A stretch of DNA of 64,000 nucleotides from Amoebidium appalachense (Eukaryota > Protista > Ichthyosporea): positions 4,847,146 to 4,911,145 of the forward strand of contig CAVNZM010000009.1 of NCBI GenBank assembly GCA_963693365.1, in the 5' to 3' direction. The number at the start of each line of letters is the position of its first letter. Position 1 is the stretch's first letter. A model generated the notes under the pieces. The model did not search any database. It saw only the letters and a program-made list of their open reading frames with translations, and was not told the DNA's origin. This document shows positions 1 through 50,835 of this stretch, one piece after another. Made by a program: the position numbers and the translations under genes.

Positions 1-2
1 GC

Positions 3-1822
3 CTGATGGATGCCTCCATGACGGAGTATGTGGAGCATTCCGAGCCCGGAAAGCTCCTGCGTATGCCCCGTACGCGCAAGGGTAATTCGCAGGCCAAGAT
101 GCTGCTGCAGCTTGACAGGGTTGGAAGGGTCATGGCCTCACTGCGTACTGACTACCTTAATGCTGAGTTGCAGGTCAGTGCCTCGTTTTCTTCGTTGTTA
201 ATTGTTCTGAAAGGTTTAGCTGGAAATGGGAACTGGGAACTGGCTTTTCGGTTGGAAAGAATGTGCTCAAAGAAAGGATATTTCTACCTGGGTAGTTGTC
301 TTGCACAGTATTCGACAGCTATCTAAGGGGAGGTTCCTCTTGTTTTGGAAAAAATCCATGATGTTACTATGCTCTACTTTCATGGTAGCTCTTTCTGAAT
401 ATCTTTTCGCTTCCCTGGCTTCATTCTCACCCCCACATGTTCTTTGTACAGGCCGTCATCACCAAAGTTGACGTGCAGCAGATCAGCGACAACCAGTCCG
501 TCATCGAGCTTAACGTCACCCTGCCTGCCCCCTACAAGATTATCGGAAACACCAGCGCCATCGTCACCATTTCCAACGGTGATGATTGGCGTGCAGAGGC
601 CGGAAACTGGTCCATTGTGGGCGGGGTCGAATGCGATGGCCTGGACGTGGGCCAGCTTTGCAACCAGACTGTCCGATTCAACGTTACGGCGTGTGATCTT
701 ACCGCCACCTACGTCATCACCGAAGTCCCCATCGACTGTATGAACACGGACGCAATGGGTCTTTCGTACGACGGCCGCTGCCCTATCGCGTACCAAAAGG
801 CAAACATTACGTTCGACATCGACACCAACAACTTCTGCGACGAAGAGGTTTACAACCTCAACGCTCTGTTCGAGCTTGAGATTGTTCTCCGTCCCGACGA
901 CGGCTCCTACGTGGGAACGCGCCCCGACAACGTTTTCGTCCTTGGCGCCCGTTCTTACTGGACCATCTATATTTGGACCAACTCTACGGGTGTGGGTATT
1001 CGCGATGCTCAGATCATCAACGCCACCCGCACCTCTACCGGCGACTGCTCGCCTTACCCGGGTTACCTCAACGACACCAACCAGCTTCTCCAGACGTTCA
1101 CCAACGCAGAGTACCCCGCGCGCATCAACTTCCCCATGCTTGTGACGAACGCCATGACGTGCACGGACGCCAATGTTCTCTTCGTTAATGTCACGCACAA
1201 CTTCACCGTCCGCGTGGACTATATCGACAGTACATTCCGCCGTCGCCGTCGTGACATTGAGTACAACAATTACGTAGAGGAGTCGTACAAGAACGGATAC
1301 AGCCGCGAGGCCCGCGACACGCGCGAATCCAAGGTGTCTGCCGGCGTCGGCGTCAAGTACACCAAAGAGGACCTTCTGGAGAAGCCCCAGGCCCAGAACA
1401 CCATGGAAGGATCCGGGCCCACCACCGCCACAATCCTTCTGGCAATCTCCGCCGCCCTCTTCTCCCTCGTGTGTTGCTGCTCATGCTGCGTTCTTTGCGG
1501 TGTCGTTGTTAAGCGCCGCCGCCAGCAAAAGGAGAAGGAAGCCCAGTTTGGAACGACTAGCTTCGCTACTTCCGCCCCCAGCGTCGGTTTCTCGACGATG
1601 AAACTCAACGCGCCTTCTGCCGATCAGTTCTCTGCAGGCCAGTCCCGTTTGATTGATCATTTGTCGCGCCAGCAGCAAAACATGAACTCCCCTAGCTCGT
1701 TTGGGCCCGTCACCATGGCTACGTCCTTGACTACGGCTCAGCCCGCAAAGGGCCTTCGTGTGGCTAGCATGTCTGGTTTCACTGCAACCAACGACCAGAT
1801 GAGGGGCAGTTTCCGCAAGTAG
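3..1822 (+). CDS. Type I membrane glycoprotein, probably 5'-partial (exons <3-173 and 452-1822), with ZP-like / FRAS1-FREM C-terminal-like ectodomain, furin site and TM helix
   Basis: Phase-0 GT-AG intron 174-451 (CAG|gtcagt...tttgtacag|GCC) joins ORF 6..326 in frame to ORF 437..1822. The Cys-containing, beta-rich ectodomain has many NxS/T sites and is followed by RRRRR, a hydrophobic segment ILLAISAALFSLVCCCSCCVLCGVVV, KRRR and a Ser-rich tail. The frame is open at the window edge. Confidence 0.8.
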
Positions 1823-2666
1823 AGAGTCTATCAAAAGGCCATGTCGCTATATATAGGACATGATGCTATTACAGACTGGTCAGTTGGGCCAGGTGCATTA
1901 CTTGTGTGTGGTACTTACTAGTGCCCATGCTTAGCGGAGAGTGTCTGGAAGCTTTATTTGTGTGTAATGTAACTTGTCGCTGACTTAGCCTAATATGGGA
2001 GAGAAAACCCTGCATAATAGTGCCTGGCGCTCCCTTAAACTCAAGGGAGGCCAAATAACCAATCGCAACGCTCGGATAGTTTTTGTTTGCCATTAATCAG
2101 TTAGAAAGATTGCACCCGGGACCCTTGATGGGTCCACGATCTGTGATCACGGAGATAAGAAAGGTATCGTCGGAGAGAAAATAAAGCCGAAGCATAAGTT
2201 TATACTCGAACTGACGAAATGAGAACTACTCATTACATTGAAGGTGTAATCCAAATTCAGCCCCCCCCCCCCCTCTCCAACTTCCCCCTTTTCCCTCAGA
2301 AATCTGATTCGGGGTTTTGTGACAGTTCTGTGCTGCTATCCAGCCCTCAAATGCGCATTTATATGAACATCCCCCCCCCCCCCCCCCCCCCCTTTTCCCC
2401 CTTTCTTCCCTTTCCCCAGCGCAGCCCCTTGTGTATTTCCAATTTGTGATGCTGAACGTGACAGTCACTCTCCTGACAAACCTTCCTTTTTTTTTTTTTT
2501 TTTTTTTTTTTGGTTTTGTGAACTTGACACATACACCCCATATGCATCTGGCCTACAAAATGACGCCAACTTGCCCTTAACGTTGTTTTATCGGCTATTT
2601 ATTAAAGAAGTGTGTGTGTGTGTGTGTGTGTGCGGTGCGTGAACATGTGTGGCTGTGGCATCATCT

Positions 2667-2819
2667 GGCCGAGTAGTCCCAACCGACATTTTTAAAGTGG
2701 AATTGCGGATCCAGTCAAACGGCTCACTTTTTTTAAAGTGGAATTGCGGATCCAATCGACTTATTATATTTGATTTTATCTGATTCCCGGCCCAGTCCAG
2801 CGGTTGTGACTATTTGGCC
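2667..2819. mobile_element. Small MITE-like element with ~19-bp imperfect terminal inverted repeats
   Basis: ggccgagtagtcccaaccg (2667-2685) matches the reverse complement of cggttgtgactatttggcc (2801-2819) at 16/19. Internal direct repeat tttttaaagtggaattgcggatcca occurs twice. No clear TSD. Confidence 0.45.
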
Positions 2820-3080
2820 CTATGAGTATGTGTGGCCATGGGTGGGTGAGCTCGATGGATGCACTGCAGCTGTGGTAAGGGGCAGGGTGTGATGATGTGC
2901 GCATGTGCAAGGCCGTGTGTGTGTGCACATGAAGTCTTGCCATGCGACGTGTGTGTGTGGTGGTGGTGGTGCCTGGCCGCGGGGGAGGGGAGGGGTGGTG
3001 GTGGCCCAAGTGGTCGACAGGTGGTAGTGGTGGTGGGGAGGGAGGGGGGGGGGGGGGTGGTACGTACGTGCACCTTTGTG

Positions 3081-3153
<73 letters not shown>

Positions 3154-3156
3154 TGT

Positions 3157-3211
<55 letters not shown>

Positions 3212-3819
3212 TGTATGTGTGTGCGCGCACGCTCATGGCGTGCGTTACATACGTGCACACACGCGCGCACGTACACACATACACAGGGACGCAAATGAAC
3301 TGTCATCCACACCCACCCACACCCACACCCAAACAGACACGTGTGTGCGTGCGCGTCCCAGTGTGCATGCACACCAGTGCAAGTTATGCATCATTAGTTA
3401 CATCGTTTTCCTTGGAGCAACACATTAAGGACTCATTTATTCAAAAGGCCTTCTCCACCAGGGAGTAACCTGATCTTGCCAATGCTGAGCCCATAAATAA
3501 GCACATTCGTTTTCTTGTTATACTCCGTTAACCCCCTTAAAAGTAAACCAATCAAATCACCACGTTAGCAACCCTTAACATATACATACACCGTGACTAT
3601 ATCAGTGCACCCATCGGTCTCAAACCCTACCTCTAGTCTCATTTGGCTACCACTCCAAACACCACTTTCACTTACAAACATAGCAAAAAAAAACAAAAAA
3701 AAAACAAAACAAACAAACCACTAGCCTAGTCATACGCCCGAGTGTAAATCTATAGAAGCAGGAACCGTTTTCAACACAATCCTAAACATCTGTTAAACCT
3801 TTTTTAAAGTTTTAAGATT

Positions 3820-4129
3820 TTACAGTTTCTGAAGCTGAGCTATTTGGTCTCTCAACTCCTTCTCCTTGCCCAACTTCTCTTTCTGTTCGTCGTTTGGCAC
3901 CACCTCTTTCTTCTCCACCTGTGCCCGAAGCTCTTCAATCTGCCGAAGTTTCTTTTGGAGGGTTTTGATCTTCTTGGCTGGGTCGTCGCTAGCCGCTGAA
4001 GGTGTGGGTGCTGTGGGTGAATGTGTGTGTGTGTGTATACGTGTGTATGCGTGTACGTGTGTGTGTGTGAAAGTGTGAGTTGAGTGAGAGAGAGCGCGCG
4101 CGTGTGTGTGTGTGTGTGTGAATGCGTGA

Positions 4130-4212
<83 letters not shown>

Positions 4213-4733
4213 TGTACGTGTGTGATGGTGAGTGAGTGAGAGAGAGAGAGAGAGAGTGTGTGTGTGTGTGTGCGTGCGTGTTTTATTAAGGGTTAGGGTG
4301 TATTACACAGCGGAACAGGGGAAAGGGGGGAGGCGCGGGGGGAGGGAGGGGAGGGGGAGGGGAGGGAGGGAGGATGGGGGGCACATAATGAATGCTGCAG
4401 ACACGCTAGGAAAACAGAGATATGCGAAGAAAAAACAAGAAAGAATGCATTCAGGCATGGCGCATAGAAGTGAGTACTTGTAAGTGTGTGTGTGTGTGTG
4501 TGTTTTCGCAAGCTCAAAGGTGTGTGTGTGTGTGCGCGCGCACATGTGTGTGTGTGTGTGTGCGCGCGCATGTGTGTGTGTGTGTGTGTTTGGGGGGGGG
4601 GGGGGGGGGGGCAGCAATAGAAAGCCCACACGCAAGCAAGTGCAAATCTAATTTATTGCAACAATCAACGTAACACAGGTGTTTGAAAGAAACATACGTG
4701 GGCATGCAACATAAGAGAGTCAATCCCGTGTGT

Positions 4734-4815
<82 letters not shown>

Positions 4816-4953
4816 GGGGGCTGCATACATTGGTGTCATGATCATTCACGTGCACTAGTCCACACCCACACCCTATTTGCACACATGTGGGGGGGGGGGG
4901 GGGGGGGGGGGGGGAGGGGGGAGGGGGGACACATCCCCCACACCACACAGTGT

Positions 4954-4984
<31 letters not shown>

Positions 4985-6085
4985 GGGGGGGGGGAGGGGG
5001 AGCGAGTGCGAGAACAGGGGAGATATCGAGGCAAGTAGGAGGCGAGTGAGGGAGTGAGGGAGTGAGCGAGGGAATGGGCAAGTCAGGGGGGAGGGAGGGA
5101 GGGGGGAGGAAGCAGAGGGAGAGTGGATGGTTGAGGGAGGGAGGGAGAGGAAAAAGCATACCAAGCGCTGCTGTAGGTTCCTTCCCTTTTTCCGCGCCAC
5201 CCTTACCATCAGCCGGTTTTGATTGGACACCGCCCGTCCCCGGTAACCAATCAGGCGCGTCCGCCACGGGTTTGCCGTCCAACGATGTGCCTGCAAGCTT
5301 ATCTGCCAAGGCATCTTCCTCCTTTGAGTTTTTGGCCTCTTTCCGTTTTGCGTTTTTCTTTTGGCTCTTGGACATTGCCGCGGGTTTTGATTCGGTGGAT
5401 GAGGAAGTCATCCCAACCTGTGTGTGAAAGTGCAATAAGCGCATGGTTAGTAGGGTACATTCCTTGGGTGACCGTGGGGGGGGGGGGGGGGGGGGGGGAG
5501 GAGGAGAGGAGAGCGGGGGGGGGGGGGGGGGGAGGGGGTAGATTGCGGAACACTGTACACAGTACAACTACACGATGAGAAACACGGTGCGTGACAAATG
5601 CAAAGGCAACCATTCAAGTATGCAACATACACAGAGCCAATCCTCGGGGAGGGGGGAGGGGTGTGTGGGGGGGTCCAAGCCATTAATTACATCTGAGTTT
5701 CAGTGAGTGCAACGAGGGCAGTCCGCGGGTGGGCGAGCAGCGGCGGTTGGGGGGGGGGGGGGGGGGGGGAGGGGGGGGGGGGGAGGGGGGGAAGAGGGGG
5801 GAAGAGGAGGAGGGAGAGGGAATGGGTGGGTGGGAGGAGAGTACAAAACATATACGGTGGGTTACACAAAGGTGGACCTTTGAAAGCACACTCACGAAGC
5901 ACAATAAGCAAAGCCCATATTCAGGGGGGTTCCATTAAACCAGAGTGCCAACTTTCGACCTATTTCATTTTGCATGCCAAGCCCAAACTCAGATATTGCT
6001 TCACAGTGTGTGGGGTCGGATGGTGTGAGGACGGTGGTGGTGGTGAAGGTTGTGTATGTGTGTGTGTGTGTGTGTATGTGGGTGT

Positions 6086-6138
<53 letters not shown>

Positions 6139-6170
6139 GTTGGGTGGGGGGGTGGATGGCAGGTTGGGGT

Positions 6171-6215
<45 letters not shown>

Positions 6216-6497
6216 GGAGGATGATGATAGATGATGCTGCAAATGGTGGCAAAAATGGAAACGAACCCCCCCCCCCCCCCCCCCCCCCCCACACAAAAAA
6301 AAAAAAAAAAAAAGAATAAAAGGTTGTGCATACAGAAGACACTTGAACAGAACCCATCGTCAGAAGCTCTATCTGTGGAGGAATCAACGAAAGAACGCGG
6401 TCTCGAAAAAGCAACCTTTTGCACATGGTGACCTTGTTTTTTTTTTTCTTTTTTCTTTTTTTTTTTGTGGGGAAGGGAGGAGGGGGGGAAAGGGGGG

Positions 6498-6528
<31 letters not shown>

Positions 6529-6789
6529 TGCGTTAGGAGGGGGGGGGGGGGGGGTGAGGTATGCGTTAGAGGGGGGGGGGGGGGGGGTGAGGTATGCGTT
6601 AGAGGGTTGGAATATGGAGGAGACAACAAAGAGCAACAACAAAAACGTCACAAAAGTGGGAAAATCCAAAATCAAACAATTTAAGCGTGCAGGCAGAGGA
6701 CACTTGAACAGAGGGGAGGAGTGTCCGAGTTTCGACCCATTCACTACCCTGTGGCACCCAACTAAAAAGAATGCTTCAAGTGAAAGGGG

Positions 6790-6828
<39 letters not shown>

Positions 6829-6970
6829 GGGGGAGGAAGGGGGGGAAGGGGGGGAAGGGGGTGCGCAGGAGGAAAAGGAAGGGGTATTTAAGGAGTGCAT
6901 ACACAGGTAACAAGAACAAGATCACATTCACAACGGATAGCTTAATGAGGGCATGCAACAAGCGCCCCGT

Positions 6971-7015
<45 letters not shown>

Positions 7016-7309
7016 GGGGGAGGAAAGGGCGGGAGTCAAACTCTGCTTGTAATTGCACACCAAACACCACGGATCTGAACAGTCCCCCCCCCCCTCTCCC
7101 CCCTTGTGCCCCCTCCTCCCGTCCCTCTCCTCCCTTTTTGTGTGTTCAGGTGCATGTGTCTGTGCACGTGTTCGTGCATGTGAGCAACTGTCGATGTGCT
7201 ACTTTTATCTCCTTGGGAAAATGGGCTATCCCACATGTGTGTGTTGAAGGAAGGATTGGTGAAAGTGGTGTGGTGAGAGGATGAGCAAAAAAACGAGCAA
7301 GAGGTGCTG

Positions 7310-7349
<40 letters not shown>

Positions 7350-7384
7350 CTTTTTTTTTTTTTTTTTTGGGGGGGGGGGGGGGG

Positions 7385-7415
<31 letters not shown>

Positions 7416-7477
7416 GTTCTGGGAAGGAGGGGGTGGGAGTGGGTGGTGGTGGTGGTGGTGGTGGTGGAGGGGGCTGG

Positions 7478-7508
<31 letters not shown>

Positions 7509-8257
7509 GCCATGATCATACCGGGAGATTTGACTTATTTGCTTCAGCAAAAGCCTTTCCTCTGCTTACATAGCGCACCTGAGAAGAAGGGAAAGTCAAC
7601 ACTAGACCCACGTAGACATAAGAGACAAGACAAGAAAGCACAATTGGGAGGAAACTCGGCAGACTACACAAAGGCAAAGAAAACCAGAACAAATCTTCCC
7701 ACGCACTGTTCCCCCCCCCTCCTCCCCCCCCCTCCCCCCGGTGCTACTGCCCCTCCCCCCCCCCCCCCCCCCCCCCCCCCCCACACACACACGCGTGCGC
7801 GCGCACACAAGCACACAAACATACACAAGCATCCTCCCCCTAGCCTGCAGAAATTTAAAACAAGCCCCAACCCTTTCTTTTTTTGCTCACAGCCTCTATC
7901 GCCGTTTCTCTACCTGCGGGGCTCCTCCTACCCCTCCCCCCCCCCCCCGCCCCCCCTCCCCCCCACACCCCCTCCCCCTCCTCCCCCCTCAACCTTTTTC
8001 CTACCTCCGCAACTTGGACTTCTTAAAACGCGTAACCTCCTCAAACTCGAGAAACAGGAAGCACACAAAAAGAGTCTGCCAATGGACACATATCACACGC
8101 ACACAAAAACGGCCACACAGATGCAATTACAACACACACAGACATCCACACCCCCACACCTACACCCACACCTACACCCACACCCACCCAAACAAGCACA
8201 ATCACACACACGTACGCTGCCAGCGACACAGTCAACCGAGCCCCCATCTCCCCCCCC

Positions 8258-8295
<38 letters not shown>

Positions 8296-8553
8296 TTCCC
8301 CCTCCATACTCGCCATCCTCTCCTTCCCCTCCCCTTCTTACCCACCCCCACCCCTACCATCCACCCTAAACATCCACACACACACACACACGGCTATGCG
8401 CACCTGCTCGTCAGGGGGCACATATCCGGCCTTAACCCTAATCTCCTTCCGCATAGTGCCGTCTGGTCTTCTTGTTGCCGCTATGATCGTGCTTCCATCC
8501 TCAAGAACTACCTTGCCAAACTCGTCGGTCAGCTTAGGCTTGGGTCGAGACAT
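3820..8553 (-). CDS. PYM1: Partner of Y14 and Mago (PYM/WIBG), exon junction complex disassembly factor; exons 8553-8404, 7578-7522, 5417-5162, 4010(or 3995)-3820
   Basis: N-terminal Mago-binding motif IAATRRPDGTMRKEIRVKAGYVPPDEQV, central SKSQKKNAKRKE, C-terminal AKKIKTLQKKLRQIEELR...EQKEKL. All three introns are GT-AG and phase-consistent (0,0,1). Confidence 0.92.
5538..6005 (-). mobile_element. Two diverged copies of the dispersed repeat family (PYM intron)
   Basis: 5538-5703 has a type-A arm plus core; 5880-6005 has the core plus tttcgacctatt...aactcagatattgcttcac. Confidence 0.6.
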
Positions 8554-8574
8554 TCTTCGCTCGTTTGCGTAAGC

Positions 8575-8609
<35 letters not shown>

Positions 8610-8953
8610 TAATGAAGAATACTGTTGTAATTAAATGAAGCTGTGTGCACTGTGTTATTTTTCTATGTCCGTATATATAGTGTCCGTTTTTCTCTTGCCT
8701 TCTTCTCTGGTATCAAGCTTTCATTACACTGCCAGCGGCATTACCTTTTAGCTTGAGCAGCGAGAGGCTTTGTGTAGGCTTACGTAAGTAGTCACTGTTT
8801 AATGAAATATGATTGGATAAATGTGCATCAACGTAAAGTTTGATTGGATATGCCGTCATCACCGTGTCACCTTGAGGCTGGAAAACGTTGTGAAGCACTC
8901 CGATCATTCAGAAAAAGTGCACATGTACACAACATACAGACGAGCAAAGAGAA
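8554..8953. promoter_or_regulatory. Putative bidirectional promoter between divergent PYM and MPG
   Basis: About 400 bp separate the two divergent ATGs. Two reverse CCAAT motifs (tgattgg) lie near 8810 and 8841. Confidence 0.5.
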
Positions 8954-10207
8954 ATGGTGCCAAGAAGAGAAAAGGAAGTACCTCTAACCATGGCGCTTGT
9001 TAGTAACAGTGTAAAAAGGGCTCTTCGCCCCAGACTCTCCCCATACTTCCCATCTCCCTCGACGCACAAACAACCACTAACGACTTCACCAAAGAGAAAG
9101 GGGGGTAAGCTTAAAAATTTCTCCACACGCACACCTAGCTTTTCTTCTACATCACCCGATGCTGGAAGTGCGATCAAAAGCGAAATAGAATTACACATGA
9201 CTACACAAAAAGAAATGGAGTGGGACCCAAATCGTACATCCACGCAGATGATAACACACCACTTGGCTTTAAAACATACGCTAGATCCAGGACTTTCAGC
9301 TTGCAATCAACATTGGACGGACAGGAAACCCATTTCCCGCTCGTTCTATCGATGTGCCGATGACAAAGTTCCAGAGCTGGCGCGAAACCTGCTTGGAAAA
9401 CGCCTCTGCTGTGAAGTGAACGGAGTGTTCGCTAGTGGGTATATAGTGGAGACAGAGGCATACACGGAAAGGGAGAAAGCATGTCACGCATACAGGAAGC
9501 AGGCTGACGAGGGAATGGAGGATGAGAGCTCTAGCACACAGAGCAGTACAAGTCAATCAATCAAGGGGAGAAGCGAAAAGGGGCGAGGGAGAGATGGGAA
9601 GGAGAGGGATGGAGGTGAAAAAAAGGGGAGAAGAGCGAGGACAGAGAACACAGGAAAGGCGAAACACCCAAATAGGCAGCTACTCTTTGGGGAGGGCGGG
9701 CGTGCTTATGTGTACCTGTGCTATGGTATGCATGTCATGTTCAACATAACGGCTGGCAGAGAGGGGTTTGGGGCCGCGATTCTCATACGTGCTCTGGAGC
9801 CAGAACATGGGATTACGGAAATGTTGAAAAGACGAACGAGCAGGAAACCTAAAGCAGAAGATGTTGGGGAACTTTTGGAGAACGATGACGCTGGGAGAGA
9901 CATGAGTTCTGGTGCAGGCAAGGAAGAAATGAGAAAGGCTATGAAGCTAGCCAACGGGCCCGGGTGTTTGACGCAGGCACTCGGAATACAGCTCTCACAC
10001 ACGGGGACAGATTTGTCAAGTGCGGAGGCGGAAGTGTGGGTGGAAGAGGGGAGAGAGGTAGGAGATAGGGACGTGGTTGTGGGGAAGAGGGTGGGGGTGG
10101 CGTATGCAGGGGAGGATGCGGAGCTACCGTGGAGGTTTAGGGTGAGGGGGAGCGAATATTGCAGTAGGCCGCCTAGGAAGAGCATTGGGTTGGGCGTGGA
10201 GGAGTAG
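8954..10207 (+). CDS. MPG: DNA-3-methyladenine glycosylase (MPG/AAG), intronless
   Basis: Motifs LARNLLGKRL, GYIVETEAY, ACHAY, LFGEGGRAYVYLCYGMHVMFNI, GAAILIRALEP, LANGPGCLTQALGI, KRVGV and PWRF. The true start codon is uncertain (8954 or a downstream ATG). Confidence 0.93.
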   Translation: MVPRREKEVPLTMALVSNSVKRALRPRLSPYFPSPSTHKQPLTTSPKRKGGKLKNFSTRTPSFSSTSPDAGSAIKSEIELHMTTQKEMEWDPNRTSTQMITHHLALKHTLDPGLSACNQHWTDRKPISRSFYRCADDKVPELARNLLGKRLCCEVNGVFASGYIVETEAYTEREKACHAYRKQADEGMEDESSSTQSSTSQSIKGRSEKGRGRDGKERDGGEKKGRRARTENTGKAKHPNRQLLFGEGGRAYVYLCYGMHVMFNITAGREGFGAAILIRALEPEHGITEMLKRRTSRKPKAEDVGELLENDDAGRDMSSGAGKEEMRKAMKLANGPGCLTQALGIQLSHTGTDLSSAEAEVWVEEGREVGDRDVVVGKRVGVAYAGEDAELPWRFRVRGSEYCSRPPRKSIGLGVEE

Positions 10208-10408
10208 GCATCTTCTCGTCCTTTATTTATTTTTATTTTTATTTTTATTTTTATTTATTTTATTTTTTTCTCTTATGCGAAGTGCGCCTTCCCGATTTTA
10301 CTTTGGCCGTGATGGGTGGGAATACTTTAGTTACAGTGACGGTGGATCCAGAAGAGTGAGTAGGGGGAAGAAGAAAAGGGGGGGGATGGGGGGGGGAGGA
10401 AGGAGGAA

Positions 10409-10447
<39 letters not shown>

Positions 10448-10448
10448 A

Positions 10449-10484
<36 letters not shown>

Positions 10485-10729
10485 TATTTCATCCGGCTAC
10501 TCTTGGCATAGCAATCCAAATGCGTTAGCTGAATATACAGGTGGAAAGTACGACCCCAAGAAAGAGTTTGTGCTATGTTGAGTAAACTTTACGGCACTGC
10601 CCGGGCCAAGGACACTGGTATTGCCATGCCCAGTTTAGCGGCCTTGGATACAGAAAAAATAGGTTCTAATCAATCGTCTTTTCGACGGCAACCTAGCCTA
10701 GGCCCCATTTGATCCCCCCCCCCTCCCCC

Positions 10730-10809
<80 letters not shown>

Positions 10810-10842
10810 TGCACACACACAGTGGCACACCAAAAAAAAAAA

Positions 10843-10879
<37 letters not shown>

Positions 10880-11174
10880 GAAAAAGGAACCACGTGCACA
10901 GCACGATAACGCGCACGCGGCCCCATGCCCTGGGCGGTTGCTAACATTTTTCATGTACGGGCGCCCCCACGTACATATGGTGTACATGTTCCTACATATA
11001 TCATACGTATGCATATTGAAGGCTTAGCACACGCTGTCCGTATCCGGAATTTGAATTTGTTGGGGGACGCGAACAGACCCGGGACGAGGAAAAGAGCCAG
11101 AAGGGAGGGAAAAGACATGCCGGCCGCACGTAGATTTGGTGGTTTGTGCATACTGTACGTGTGTGTGGCTGGGG

Positions 11175-11226
<52 letters not shown>

Positions 11227-11233
11227 TTTGTGT

Positions 11234-11277
<44 letters not shown>

Positions 11278-11357
11278 GGGGGGGGGAGTGGGGGGGGGGA
11301 TGGGGGGGAGAGGTTGGTCTTGGCTAGGCCTATAGCTAGGTGTTTGTGTTGGTATGC

Positions 11358-11402
<45 letters not shown>

Positions 11403-11426
11403 TGTGCCTGCGTGTGTGTGTGTGCG

Positions 11427-11465
<39 letters not shown>

Positions 11466-12196
11466 GCGTGTGCGTGTGTGTGTGTGTCTATGCGGATATA
11501 TATGCACACACACAGACCTACGTGTGATTATTAATTTAATAGTGCGCATGCACCTACATGTCTCTCTTTTTTTTCTTGTCTAGATCGATCTAGTGAGGTT
11601 GGTGAAGGTCTGGATGTGGCTGAGGATTTATTCCCCTGTTATAATAACATCTACTTTCATTGTGCGCGCATACACCAATTCATATCACTAAAGTGATAAT
11701 GTGACCACCCACAAGCACACATGGCGAATCTACACCGATGATTTTGATTTTAATGTTCAACCTTTACCATCATCGGTAGATATGTACCTGATGTATGTGT
11801 ATAACAATATTATTATATATGGAATGGGCAAATCACCCACATGTCATGGCATTATGCATACCCTGTATGCAACACTGCTGAATTTCTACTCCAACCTGCG
11901 CCCAATGCCCCTCCAATAAAGCATAAAATCTGGGTTATCCACACTCCATAGCATACATATCCTGCAGTTTAACATCTGAAGTACCAAACAGGTAACAAGA
12001 AAAGTAAAATCACATCTGTGGGAGATATATGTACATAATCCAGACACCATTTTCATATTTACAAGTTTATGTCTCCCAATACACCGCCACCAGGTGACAA
12101 ACCGTTAAAAATTATGCAGTGCAGCATTCAAAGTCACAAGCGTAAACAACAGCCCCCCCCCCCCCCCCCCTCCCCCCGGCCCCTTCCCCCACCACC

Positions 12197-12227
<31 letters not shown>

Positions 12228-12332
12228 AAAGAAAAAAAGCCCACGTGCACCAAAACCAAAGGCTGCAATCGCCACATGTGGCTTGGCTATTCAGGTCCAC
12301 ATCTGATTGGCTGACGTGTCATGTCCGAATGC

Positions 12333-50137
<37,805 letters not shown>

Positions 50138-50671
50138 CCTCACCACCGCATCTACATGAAAGCAACACTTACTGTTTAGTTTGGCTTTGGGCCCACGGCG
50201 ATTCAAAAAAGAAAGAAAACAGGTGCCCAGCACGGTTTTAGGAAAACGAGATGGTGTGTTCTACTAGCGCATATGCATGTATGAGCAATGATTTGTCTTT
50301 CTGTCGTGACGAAAGTGCGTGTGTCGAGGATCATCACCGAGTGGATGATGCCTAAATAAACATGCCACTTGGGAGGGGTGTTCAGGTGTAGGATACAAAC
50401 GCGAGCTACTTGAAGGATGAAAATTTTACACCTTCTACTTCGCTTTGTATCAAGACGCGGCTGCCTCAGTAATGCGCGTGTGCACGCCGGTGGGTCTCCT
50501 GCTCATTCGTCTTGTGTTTAGTCGGTGCATGGGAACCTCAACGTGTGAACGAGCTACTTAGCCAGCTAATGTGCGCACAACCACATAACTATATCAGTTG
50601 GGCGTTTAGTTGACTTGATTCACGCAACTGCTTTGTGTGTGTGTACAGATTTAGAGAGAACCATGTTGTGA

Positions 50672-50745
50672 TGAGCTCTTGTTCTTCTCCACACTCTGTT
50701 TCGCTACCTGAGCTCTTGTTCTTCTCCACACTCTGTTTCGCTACC
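50672..50745. repeat. Perfect 37-bp tandem duplication
   Basis: tgagctcttgttcttctccacactctgtttcgctacc occurs twice. Confidence 0.9.
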
Positions 50746-50779
50746 TTGTGTTTTCTCAAGGTTTTCTGCCTCGCCCGGG

Positions 50780-50835
50780 CATGTCATCCCGCCCAATGTG
50801 TGCGGCCAGCCAATCAGCGGAGGCGGGCGGTTTAG
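50780..50835. promoter_or_regulatory. CCAAT/GC-box cluster, candidate promoter of the large minus-strand gene
   Basis: cccgcccaat, gccaatcag and ggcgggcgg lie ~650 bp upstream of the first modelled ATG. Confidence 0.4.

Noticed and set aside
380-1198. 272-aa minus-strand ORF
   Set aside because: Antisense shadow of the membrane-protein exon, explained by codon bias.
4285-4300. TTAGGG-like hexamers (also ~13456 and ~37949)
   Set aside because: Only 1-2 copies each; not a telomeric array.
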